A stretch of DNA of 64,000 nt, from assembly GCA_965242565.1 (NCBI GenBank), contig OZ251457.1:451891-515890 (forward strand), read 5' to 3'. Within the stretch, counting starts at the first letter, position 1, and each line of letters begins with the position of its first letter. Positions 9,579 to 18,186 of the stretch are shown one piece after another. A program made the position numbers and the translations under genes. The DNA is from Dehalococcoidia bacterium (lineage in GTDB: Bacteria > Chloroflexota > Dehalococcoidia > Bin125). The notes below the pieces were generated by a model. The model had not been told where the DNA came from. It saw only the letters and a list, made by a program, of their open reading frames with translations, and ran no database searches.

Positions 9579-10880
9579 TTACTCCAGCGCGCCTTCGGCG
9601 GTCAGCGCGTCGATTCGCTCCTGATCGTAGCCGAGCATGCGGCTGAGCACGAAATGGGTGTCTTCGCCCAACCGCGGCGAGGGCGAGACGATCTCGGCGG
9701 GTGTCTCCGAGAAGCGCCAGGGCGGCGCGAGCACGGTGCGCTGGCGCGTCTCCGGCGGGCGGATCGGCACGCCGGCGCCGCGCGCCTGAAACTGCTCCGA
9801 GGCGTGGATGTCCGCGCCCCACATCGAGGGGCTGGCCGGCACGCCCGCTTCACGCAGCGTTTCCGACGCGGCCAGCGCCGACTGCTCGCTCGTCCACGCC
9901 TCAATCGGCGCGCGCAGCTCTTCGCGGTGCTTCCAGCGCCGCAGACCGGTGCGGAAGCGCGGATCGGCGCGCAGGTGATCCAACCCCGCCGCGTCGCACA
10001 GACTCTCCCACTCGGCGTCGTTGCGGCAGGCGATCGCCAGCCACGCTCCGTCGCTGCCATCATCGGAGCCAGACGCGCCGTTGGGCTCGCGCATTGCGGC
10101 GCAGCGGTAGACATCGTGCGGCGCCCAGGCGCGGTGGCCGTTGCCCAGCCGCTCGCCGTCGTCGCCCAGCAGCGAGACGCGTAGAAACTCCTCGCCCATA
10201 TGCATCGCGATCGCCTCGCGCGATGAGGCATCCACAAACTGCCCCAGCCCGGTGCGGTCGCGGTAGTGCAGCCCTGCCAGCATCGCAAACGCGGCCGCCG
10301 TGCCCGCGCGCAGATCGATCGAGCCGCCCATCGTCAGCGGCGGCTCGTCGGGCGCGCCGGAGAGGTAGGCGAGCCCGGCCAGCGCGGCGAAGGTCGGCGC
10401 GTAGCCGGTGTAGTTGCGCTCCGGCCCCGACGCGCCCAGCGCGCTGGCGGAGACCAGCACGATGTCTTCGCGCTGCTCGCGCAGCGACTCGTAGCCCAGC
10501 CCCAGCTTGTCCAGCGTGCCCGGGCGGAAGTTGTCGATCGCGCCGTCCGCCGTCGCCGCCAGATCGCGCACCACCTGCTTCGCGCCATCCTCTTTGAGAT
10601 TGAGCTGAATGGAGAGCTTGTTGAGGTTAAGTTCGTTGAACATCGGCGCCTGGTTGACGCCGCCGCGGAATGCGCCCATCGCCAGCGAGCGCTGGCGGCT
10701 GTGGTCGATCCGCGTGCGCGACTCGACCTTGATCACCTCCGCGCCGAGCAGCGCCAGCAGCATCGCGCCGTACGGTCCGGCCCAGGCCCAGGTGAAGTCA
10801 ATGATCCGCCGCCCCGCCAGCGGGCCGCGATGCGCGATCGACGCGAGCGGGAACTGGCCGTTGGCTCCGTTGCTGGTCAT
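9579..10880 (-). CDS. CoA-transferase family III (CaiB/BaiF) protein
   Basis: RIIDFTWAWAGPYG...AEVIKVE N-terminal signature; 4-nt overlap with the next paralog. Confidence 0.8.
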   Translation of the reverse strand: MTSNGANGQFPLASIAHRGPLAGRRIIDFTWAWAGPYGAMLLALLGAEVIKVESRTRIDHSRQRSLAMGAFRGGVNQAPMFNELNLNKLSIQLNLKEDGAKQVVRDLAATADGAIDNFRPGTLDKLGLGYESLREQREDIVLVSASALGASGPERNYTGYAPTFAALAGLAYLSGAPDEPPLTMGGSIDLRAGTAAAFAMLAGLHYRDRTGLGQFVDASSREAIAMHMGEEFLRVSLLGDDGERLGNGHRAWAPHDVYRCAAMREPNGASGSDDGSDGAWLAIACRNDAEWESLCDAAGLDHLRADPRFRTGLRRWKHREELRAPIEAWTSEQSALAASETLREAGVPASPSMWGADIHASEQFQARGAGVPIRPPETRQRTVLAPPWRFSETPAEIVSPSPRLGEDTHFVLSRMLGYDQERIDALTAEGALE

Positions 10881-12091
10881 GCGATCACTCCCGCCCGCCG
10901 CGCCTGCGCCGGCGTCCAGGGCGCGAGCTGCGGCGCGGTCAGCTCGTTGGTCGCTTCGCCGAGTTGCGGCGCAGGCGCGCGCGCCGCCCTCGGCGTCTCC
11001 GTCCACTCCGCCGCGAACTGCGCGTAGGACGCCGGACCGACCGCTGGATGCTCAAGCGTCTCGAAAAAACCGCGCAGCTGTTCCTGCTCGGAGACCATCA
11101 CCTCCGAGGGGCGCAGCACCGGCCCGGCCGGGGCGCTTTCGGCCTGCAACAGGCGGTAGACCTCGTCGCGCGTCCGGGCGCCCGCCCACTCGTCGATCGC
11201 TTCCTGCGCCGTATCCGCCATCTCCAGCCGATCGCGCAGCTTGCCCTCTTCGTCGTAGGCCCAGGCCGGATCGCCCATCGCGCTCAGCAGCCCGCGCCAC
11301 TGGTGCGGCTGCGGCGTCACTGTGATCACGTGCCCGTCGGCGCAGTCCATCCGCCCGCCGAACGAGGTGCGCCCGCTGCGCATAATCGGCGGCGGCCCGC
11401 CGTCGTTGGCCGCGATCGAGATGTCCACCCGATCGATCGTCATCATCGCCTCCGTCGCCGCCACATCCACGATCTGCCCCTCGCCCGTGCGATCGCGCGC
11501 GATCAACGCCGCCCAGACCGCCAGCGCGAGCGCCAGCCCCGCGTCCGCCTCGTGGACGCGCGCGCCGGCCATGATCGGCGAGCCGCCGTCCGCGCCCAGA
11601 TTGCGCCGCACGCCGGCCGCCGCGCCCGAGGCGTGCGCGCGCGTCAGCGCGCTCGACGGCCATTCGGCGGCGGGTCCGTCCAGCCCCCACGGCGTGAGCG
11701 CGGCGATGATCAGCCGCGGATGCGCCTCGCGCAGCGCCTCCAGTGCCAGCTCCGCCTCTTCCAGGCAGCTGGGCGGCCAATCGGTGACGAGCACATCCGC
11801 ATCGCGCAGCAGCGCCTGGAGGACTCGCTTCCCGGCGGCGGTGAGCAGATCGAGCGCCACGCTGCGCTTCGAGGTGTTGTAGTGCAGGAAGACGGTCGAA
11901 GTCTCGCGCCCCGGCCCGGCGCCGGCAAACGGCGCCATCCGACGCGCCGGATCCCCGCCCGGCGGCTCCACCTTGATCGTCTCCGCCCCCGCGTCGGCGA
12001 GCAGTTTGCCGGCAAACGGCGCAGCCACCTCGGTCGCCAGCTCGACTACGCGCAGCCCGTCCAGCAGCGTCGGTTTCGGAGCGTTCGTCAT
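10877..12091 (-). CDS. CoA-transferase family III (CaiB/BaiF) protein
   Basis: LDGLRVVELATEVAAPFAGKLLADAGAETIKVE signature. Confidence 0.8.
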   Translation of the reverse strand: MTNAPKPTLLDGLRVVELATEVAAPFAGKLLADAGAETIKVEPPGGDPARRMAPFAGAGPGRETSTVFLHYNTSKRSVALDLLTAAGKRVLQALLRDADVLVTDWPPSCLEEAELALEALREAHPRLIIAALTPWGLDGPAAEWPSSALTRAHASGAAAGVRRNLGADGGSPIMAGARVHEADAGLALALAVWAALIARDRTGEGQIVDVAATEAMMTIDRVDISIAANDGGPPPIMRSGRTSFGGRMDCADGHVITVTPQPHQWRGLLSAMGDPAWAYDEEGKLRDRLEMADTAQEAIDEWAGARTRDEVYRLLQAESAPAGPVLRPSEVMVSEQEQLRGFFETLEHPAVGPASYAQFAAEWTETPRAARAPAPQLGEATNELTAPQLAPWTPAQARRAGVIA

Positions 12092-12195
12092 GCCAACAGC
12101 CTCACCGATGCGCAGTCTACGCCCCACCCCCACCCAGGCGACAGCCACCCGGCGATTGGTAGGCTGCGAACAGGACAACGACAGCGAGGCCCACG

Positions 12196-12702
12196 ATGGT
12201 GAGGATGAGGCAAATCGCCCATGAGTTGCTGAAGACAGTCGACGCGTCGGAGCTGCGCGCCGACCCGGCCGCGCTTGTGGCGCAGCTGGAGAGCTTCGAC
12301 GATCGGATCACGATCATGCGCAACGGCAAACCCGCTGTCACCCTCTGGGGCTACGAGCCGACCCCGATTCACAACTGGAAACAGAACGACGAAGGCGAAT
12401 GGGTGGAATACACCCACGACTGGCGGGAGAGTGCGTTCGGGCGCATCGTGCAGCTCGGCGATCTGGCGGCGAAGTTCGACGCGCTCGCCGATGATCTGGA
12501 GGCCAACGCCGGCGGTGCGCTGATCAAATCAGGCGACGAGCGGGTGGCGGAGTTGACGCCCTACCGGCCGTCATGGTTCGGACGTTCGCTCAGGAAGCAC
12601 CAGTTCCTCGACGAACACAACGAACGCATGGACGCTGATCTGGACGCTGATCTGGACGCTGAGCGGGAGGCAAGGGCTGCGGCGTCGGGAGATGGGAGTT
12701 GA
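12196..12702 (+). CDS. Phd/YefM-like antitoxin with a long C-terminal extension
   Basis: N-terminal ...RITIMRNGKPAVTLWGYE beta-strand signature of Phd/YefM; 4-nt overlap with the downstream PIN gene. Confidence 0.5.
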   Translation: MVRMRQIAHELLKTVDASELRADPAALVAQLESFDDRITIMRNGKPAVTLWGYEPTPIHNWKQNDEGEWVEYTHDWRESAFGRIVQLGDLAAKFDALADDLEANAGGALIKSGDERVAELTPYRPSWFGRSLRKHQFLDEHNERMDADLDADLDAEREARAAASGDGS

Positions 12703-13097
12703 TCCTCCTCGACACGCAGACACTGGGCTGGCACGACCAGGCCGACCGCCGCCTCGGTCCACGTACGCGGGCCATGATCGAGCGGCACTGGCGGCAGAGG
12801 GAAGTCGCTGTCTCCGCGCTCTCGTTCTGGGAAATCACGATGAACCGCGACGCCCGGGAATTCCGCCGAATCCCCGACATCCGAGTGTGGCGGAACGATC
12901 TGCTCAAAGACGGGCTGATCGAGATTCCTGTAGATGGTGAGATCGCGATCGCGGCGGGCCGGATCACTGGCATGCACGGCGATCCCGGCGATCGGATCAT
13001 CGTGGCGACCGCGTTTCGCGCCGAAACGCTGGTGACCTCCGACGAGCGGATTATGCGCTGGGGTGGACAGCTCGATCGCGTCTACGCCTACGACTGA
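12699..13097 (+). CDS. vapC: PIN-domain toxin (VapC-like)
   Basis: MILLDTQTL...FWEI...IIVATA...TSD PIN acidic-residue pattern. Confidence 0.75.
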   Translation: MILLDTQTLGWHDQADRRLGPRTRAMIERHWRQREVAVSALSFWEITMNRDAREFRRIPDIRVWRNDLLKDGLIEIPVDGEIAIAAGRITGMHGDPGDRIIVATAFRAETLVTSDERIMRWGGQLDRVYAYD

Positions 13098-13174
13098 GCG
13101 GCCGCCGACGCCCGCGCCCATCCTCCTAAAGGCCTGCCAGCTATTGGTACGCTGGCAACGGATCGGAGCCAACC

Positions 13175-13663
13175 ATGGTGATGGCGGAGGACACAGCCCT
13201 CGCAGGCTTGACGGTGCTGGACGCCACGGAACTGGCGACCCGCTGCCAGGAAATCGTGGATCAGGCTGTGCGCAGCGAGGACCGGCTCGTGCTCACCGGC
13301 GACGGCCGCCCCATCGCCTACCTGGAGCGCTACGAACCGCCGCCGCGGCCGTTCTACGTGCGCCCGTCGCCTGAGGGCGGCGGCGCATCCGAGCGCGTCT
13401 ACCGCGAGGTCGTTGAGACCATCCATCGGTCCGTCAAGGTGGCGGAGTTGCAAGCGCAATCGCCCGACCTGGTCGAGCAGGCCGCCGCCAACGACTGGCG
13501 GGTGTTGATCTGGAACCGCAACGGTCCCGACGCGATGCTCATCCGCTACGCCCGGCGCGGCCGTCAGACCTCGCCTGTCACCGCGGTCAACGACATTGAC
13601 TGGGATGTCGGCGAAGTGTGGAACGCCACCCTCGACGGTCCGACGGCGGGCGAGTTGCTGTGA
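13175..13663 (+). CDS. Phd/YefM-like antitoxin (extended, 162 aa)
   Basis: LTVLDATELATRCQEIVDQAVRSEDRLVLTGDGRPIAYLERYE matches the Phd/YefM fold pattern; stop overlaps the GTG of the next PIN gene. Confidence 0.55.
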   Translation: MVMAEDTALAGLTVLDATELATRCQEIVDQAVRSEDRLVLTGDGRPIAYLERYEPPPRPFYVRPSPEGGGASERVYREVVETIHRSVKVAELQAQSPDLVEQAAANDWRVLIWNRNGPDAMLIRYARRGRQTSPVTAVNDIDWDVGEVWNATLDGPTAGELL

Positions 13664-14058
13664 TTCTGTCCGACACGCAGACGCTCTACTGGTGGCGCGA
13701 GGATCGCGGGCGTCTTGGTACGAACGCGCTCGCGGTGCTTGATGCGGCGTGGGATGCACGCAACCTGGCGGCCTCTGCAATCTCATTCTGGGAAATCGGG
13801 ATGCTCGAGTCGAAGGGGCGGCTGTCGCTTCCTGTCAACGCCGACCAATGGCGGCTGGACCTGCTCAACGAAGGGCTTGCGGAGATACCCGTCGATGGCG
13901 GAATCGGCCTCCGCGCGGCCTACCTCGCCAACTTCCATGGCGACCCTGCGGATCGCATCATCGTCGCGACCGCCCTCAACGACCATCAACTCCTGACCAC
14001 AGATCGCGAAATCCTGGATTGGGATGGCCCGCTTCAGCGCATCGACGCTCGGCGATAG
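13660..14058 (+). CDS. vapC: PIN-domain toxin (VapC-like), GTG start
   Basis: VILSDTQTLYWW...FWEIGM...IIVATAL...TTD. Confidence 0.7.
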   Translation: MILSDTQTLYWWREDRGRLGTNALAVLDAAWDARNLAASAISFWEIGMLESKGRLSLPVNADQWRLDLLNEGLAEIPVDGGIGLRAAYLANFHGDPADRIIVATALNDHQLLTTDREILDWDGPLQRIDARR

Positions 14059-14106
14059 CCGCTGCCATGGAAAGCTCGGTACGCTGACGGCGGATCGGAG
14101 CCGAGC

Positions 14107-14607
14107 ATGGTGATGGCGGAGGACACAGCCCTCGAAGGTTTGACGGTGGTGGACGCCGCGGAATTGGCGACCCGCTGCCAGGAAATCGTGGATCAGGCCG
14201 TGCGCAGCGAGGACCGGCTCGTGCTCACCGGCGACGGCCGCCCCATCGCCTACCTGGAGCGCTACGAACCGCCGCCGCGGCCCTTCTACGTGCGCCCGTC
14301 GCCTGAAGGCGGCGGCGCATCCGAGCGCGTCTACCGCGAGGTCGTCGAGACCATCCACCGGTCCGTCAAGGTGGCGGAGCTGCAAGCGCAATCGCCCGAC
14401 CTGGTCGAGCAGGCCGCCGCCAACGACTGGCGGGTGCTGATCTGGAACCGCAACGGCCCCGACGCGATGCTCATCCGCTACTTCTGGGACGGGATGCATC
14501 GCAACTCCGGGATCGACAACGGCGACCTCGTCACGGCGGTCCGCGAGCTGCGCGACGAGATGGCCGCGGAAGCCGAGCGGTCAATGAACCGAAGGTTCCC
14601 CCCATGA
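14107..14607 (+). CDS. Phd/YefM-like antitoxin. Residues 1-125 are nearly identical to the 13175..13663 paralog; the C-terminus is unrelated
   Basis: Direct comparison of the two translations: only three substitutions in the first 125 aa, then complete divergence after ...DAMLIRY. Confidence 0.55.
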   Translation: MVMAEDTALEGLTVVDAAELATRCQEIVDQAVRSEDRLVLTGDGRPIAYLERYEPPPRPFYVRPSPEGGGASERVYREVVETIHRSVKVAELQAQSPDLVEQAAANDWRVLIWNRNGPDAMLIRYFWDGMHRNSGIDNGDLVTAVRELRDEMAAEAERSMNRRFPP

Positions 14608-15002
14608 CGATGTTCGACACACACACGCTGCTCTGGTGGCGGTTGGAACCTCATCGGCTGAGCCCGGAGGCCAAGCGAGTCAGCGGCAGTGCTTTCCTCC
14701 GCGGCGAGCTGGCGGTGTCGGTGATCTCGTTTCAGGAGATCGGACGCTTGGTCAGGCGAGGCCGCGTGACGCTGCCGACCGATCTGCGGACTTGGCGTCG
14801 GCAGCTGTTGGACGAAGGTTTAGTGGAGTTGCCGGTCGACGGCGAAATTGTCCTGCGAACGCACGAGCTTGCCAATCTGCCGGCCGATCCCGCTGATCAG
14901 CTGATCGTCGCGACGGCGGCGGAGCGTCACACGCTGATCACCGCCGATGACGAAATCTACGATTGGCTGGGCCCGCTTGACCGCGTCCGCGCCGACGATT
15001 AA
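14604..15002 (+). CDS. vapC: PIN-domain toxin (VapC-like)
   Basis: MTMFDTHTLLWW...FQEIGRL...LIVATA...TAD. Confidence 0.7.
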   Translation: MTMFDTHTLLWWRLEPHRLSPEAKRVSGSAFLRGELAVSVISFQEIGRLVRRGRVTLPTDLRTWRRQLLDEGLVELPVDGEIVLRTHELANLPADPADQLIVATAAERHTLITADDEIYDWLGPLDRVRADD

Positions 15003-15029
15003 CCCCTGCACGTTAGACTCAACGCCAGC

Positions 15030-16241
15030 GTGACTGACACCAACACCCCCCAGGACACTCCCCGCCCCTTTGACGGCGTCCGCGTGCTCGAGCTCGCCGA
15101 GGGCATCTCCGGTCCCTTCGCCGGGCGCTGGCTCGCCGCGCTCGGCGCTGACGTCGTCAAAATCGAGCGCACCACCGGCGACCCCTCCCGCGCCTTCGGA
15201 CCCTGGCCCGACGACCTCCCCGACGACGAAACCAGCGGCCTCTACCTCTACCTCAACGGCGGCAAGCGCAGCGTCACGCTCAACCTCGACACCTCCGACG
15301 GGCGCGCGATCCTCGAAGAGCTGGCGGCCGACGCCGAAATCGTGATCGAATCGTTCGCGCCCGGCTACCTGGCCGAGCGCGGACTGGACTACGACGCGCT
15401 CTCCGCACAGCGCCCCCAGCTGGTGATGATCTCAATCACTCCCTTCGGCCGGACAGGCCCCAACGCCGACCTGCCCGCCACCGAACTCACCCTCTTCGCC
15501 GCCTGCGGCCAACTCTGGCTAACCGGCGACCCGGCCCGTACCCCGCTCAAAAACGGCGGCTCGCAGCCCTCCTACCAGGCTGGCCTCAACGCACTCGCCG
15601 CCGTCGCCGGCGCCTACTACGGCGCGCTCGCCCACGGACAGGGCGCGCACATCGACCTGGCCATGCAGGAAACCTACGCCGCCATGGCCGAAGCCTTCAT
15701 GACCCGCGCCTCCCAACTCGGCATCGAGACGCTCCGCTCCGGCAACAACCTCAACGCCCTCTGGGGCATCTACCCCACCGCCGACGGCTACGGCGGCGTC
15801 TGCGCCCTCCCGCGCAACTTCCCCGGCCTCGTCGAAGCGCTCGACATGGAGGAAATCCGCGATCCCCGCTTCGCCGAGCCCGCCGGCCGCCTCGAACACA
15901 ACGACGAGCTGATCGCCCTGCTCTACGGCTGGTTCGCCCAGCGCACCCGCGAGGATCTGACCGAACTCGGCCTGCGCCACCGCGTCCCCTTCGGCTACGT
16001 CGCCTCGATCGCCGACCTCGTCGAATCCGAACACCTCAAACAGCGCGACTTCTTCATCCAACAGGACCACCCCCGCGCCGGCGCGCTCACCTTCCCCGGC
16101 CGCCTCTGGACCAGCAGCGAGCACGACTGGCGCAGCGACCGCGCCCCCGAACTCGGCGAACATAACGTCGCCGTCCTCCACCAGGAGCTCGGCTACGACC
16201 TCGAAGACCTCGTCCGCCTCCGCGAACTCGACGCCATCTAG
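15030..16241 (+). CDS. CoA-transferase family III (CaiB/BaiF) protein (GTG start)
   Basis: FDGVRVLELAEGISGPFAGRWLAALGADVVKIE signature. Confidence 0.8.
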   Translation: MTDTNTPQDTPRPFDGVRVLELAEGISGPFAGRWLAALGADVVKIERTTGDPSRAFGPWPDDLPDDETSGLYLYLNGGKRSVTLNLDTSDGRAILEELAADAEIVIESFAPGYLAERGLDYDALSAQRPQLVMISITPFGRTGPNADLPATELTLFAACGQLWLTGDPARTPLKNGGSQPSYQAGLNALAAVAGAYYGALAHGQGAHIDLAMQETYAAMAEAFMTRASQLGIETLRSGNNLNALWGIYPTADGYGGVCALPRNFPGLVEALDMEEIRDPRFAEPAGRLEHNDELIALLYGWFAQRTREDLTELGLRHRVPFGYVASIADLVESEHLKQRDFFIQQDHPRAGALTFPGRLWTSSEHDWRSDRAPELGEHNVAVLHQELGYDLEDLVRLRELDAI

Positions 16242-16254
16242 GGAGCGCCGCATC

Positions 16255-17541
16255 ATGCCCGACCCCGGCCGACCCCTCAGCGGCGTCCGCGTCGCCGACC
16301 TCACGATGATCTGGGCCGGCCCTTACGCCACCAAAATCCTCGCCGACCAGGGCGCGGAGGTGATCAAAATCGAATCCCCCCGCGCCTGGGACAACATCCG
16401 CACCCTGCTCCCGCCGCCCACCGCGCCCGGCGAGCGCTGGTGGAACACCAACTTCTACTTCCACGAGTACAGCCGCAACAAAAAGTCGCTCAGCCTCGAC
16501 CTCGCCGCGCCCCGCGGCAAGGAAATCTTCGCCCGCCTCGTCGCCGAGTGCGATGTCGTGATCGAGAACTACCGCACCGACGTGATGGACAACCTCGGCC
16601 TCAGCTACGACTGGCTGCGCAAGCAGCGCGAGGACATCATCGTCGTCGGCATGGCCGGCTTCGGCAAAACCGGCCCCGAGCGCAACGCCGTCGGCTATGG
16701 GCCGATCATCGAGATGATGTCCGGCCTCACCTCCACCAGCGGCTACGGCGACGACGGCATGCCCTACAAGAGCGGCATCTCCTACGGCGACCCCATCGCC
16801 GGCGTCACCGCCGCCGCCGCCGTCGCCACCGCCCTCATCCACCGCCGCCGCACCGGACGCGGCCAATACATCGACCTCTCCCAGCGCGAAGCCATGTCCA
16901 CGATGCTCGGCGAGTTCTATATGGACTGGTCGATGAACCGCCGGCTGCCCGAGCATCAGGGCAACGGGCACGACTGGATGGCCCCGCACAACATCTACCC
17001 CTGCGCCGGCGAGGAGGAGTGGATCGCCATCTGCGTCCGCACCGACGCCGAGTGGGAATCACTCAAGCAGGTCATGGGCGCCCCCGCCTGGGCGGACGGC
17101 GAGGAATACTCAGACCAAATCTTCCGCTGGGAGCACCGCGAACAGCTGGACCGCGCAGTCGCCGAGTGGACCTCGACGCGCAGCAAAACCGAGCTGTTCG
17201 GGTCCCTGCGCGACGCCCGCATCCCCTCCTCACCCGTCTGGAAGACGCTCGAAGTGATCCGCGACCCGCACCTCAAGGCCCGCGGCTACTACGAGCCGCT
17301 CCACCACCCCGAAGTCGGCATCTGGAACGTCCACGGCTGGCTCTGGCGCACCGCCGGCGCAGGTCCCTGCGTGCTCGCCCCCGCCCCCGACTTCGGTCAA
17401 CACAACGACGAAATCCTCGGCGGCCTGCTCGGCCTCAGCGCCGAAGAGCAGGCGGCCCTCGAAGCCGCCGGCATCACCGCCGCCCGCCCCGAAGGCATCC
17501 CCTTCGCCTCCGAAATGCCCGCCCAACCCTCCCTCATCTAA
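16255..17541 (+). CDS. CoA-transferase family III (CaiB/BaiF) protein
   Basis: LSGVRVADLTMIWAGPYATKILADQGAEVIKIE signature. Confidence 0.8.
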   Translation: MPDPGRPLSGVRVADLTMIWAGPYATKILADQGAEVIKIESPRAWDNIRTLLPPPTAPGERWWNTNFYFHEYSRNKKSLSLDLAAPRGKEIFARLVAECDVVIENYRTDVMDNLGLSYDWLRKQREDIIVVGMAGFGKTGPERNAVGYGPIIEMMSGLTSTSGYGDDGMPYKSGISYGDPIAGVTAAAAVATALIHRRRTGRGQYIDLSQREAMSTMLGEFYMDWSMNRRLPEHQGNGHDWMAPHNIYPCAGEEEWIAICVRTDAEWESLKQVMGAPAWADGEEYSDQIFRWEHREQLDRAVAEWTSTRSKTELFGSLRDARIPSSPVWKTLEVIRDPHLKARGYYEPLHHPEVGIWNVHGWLWRTAGAGPCVLAPAPDFGQHNDEILGGLLGLSAEEQAALEAAGITAARPEGIPFASEMPAQPSLI

Positions 17542-17565
17542 GCCCCGTCCACCAACCCGCCATAC

Positions 17566-17728
17566 CCCCGCCCCCTTTTCCCCGTCATTCCCGCCCCCTT
17601 TTCCCCGTCATTCCCGCCCCCTTTTCCCCGTCATTCCCGCCCCCTTTTCCCCGTCATTCCCGCCCCCCTTTCCCCGTCATACCCCCACCCCCTTTTCCTC
17701 GTCATTCCCGCCCCCGAGCGGGAATCGG
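17566..17728. repeat. Tandem array (about 6 units) of a 23-bp repeat (GTCATTCCCGCCCCCTTTTCCCC) ending in a GGGAAT hairpin (CATTCCCGCCCCCGAGCGGGAATC)
   Basis: Perfect direct repeats visible in the sequence; no spacers, so not CRISPR. Confidence 0.7.
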
Positions 17729-17760
17729 CCCCGAGTCCCCCTCCAACGTCGCGCTACATC

Positions 17761-17975
17761 ACTCCCCCACTCCGTCGCCCCAGACTTGATCTGGGGCCCA
17801 AACCCAACTCTCTTCACGCGCCAGAGCCCCGACCTGCCCCCCAACGCCCGCACGCAGGACCGCCCAACGCCCCACCCCACTAACCCACCATCCCTGACCT
17901 CCGCCATCCCCGCGCACCTCTCCGTCATACCCGCGCTTGCCGCGGAGCCTGCCCCCGGCCCGAACGGGGGTATCT
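17761..17975. repeat. MITE-like mosaic repeat (CCGTCGCCCCAGACTTGATCTGGGGCCCAAACCCAAC ... CCGTCATACCCGCGCTTGCCGCGG...GGGTATCTCGACG)
   Basis: Same modules recur at about 21841, 25840, 32420, 35570 and 36450. Confidence 0.55.
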
Positions 17976-18186
17976 CGACGTGAACAGCGCCAACGCCGCA
18001 CTCTCTTCCCTAACCTTCGCCTACGCGCATGAGCCGCGCCGAATCATCATCAGCATAACCCCTTATCAAACACTATTGACATCCTACGCGCAAATCTGCC
18101 ACCCTTCCCCCACCGGTCCTCATCTCCGCCCCGAAGCCGCCGAACAGTCGGCCGCCCGCATGCGCGGGGGTGGGAAGGGGGAGCAC

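Noticed and set aside
12100-12196. Possible riboswitch or ncRNA in intergenic gaps (12100-12196, 40930-41370, 22140-22614)
   Set aside because: These gaps are either short divergent-promoter regions or filled by MITE/hairpin repeats; no conserved riboswitch-like architecture was recognisable by eye.
17566-17728. Possible CRISPR arrays at the 23-45 bp tandem repeats (also 22323-22455, 25640-25765, 35326-35520)
   Set aside because: Units are directly adjacent with no unique spacers, no cas genes are nearby, and the units degenerate into MITE hairpins; these are tandem repeats, not CRISPR.
17980-18186. The ATG at 17980 as the start of the collagen-like gene
   Set aside because: The first 69 codons overlap a MITE copy; an SD-like GGGAAGGGGGAG precedes the ATG at 18187, which also places the TM helix at the N-terminus.
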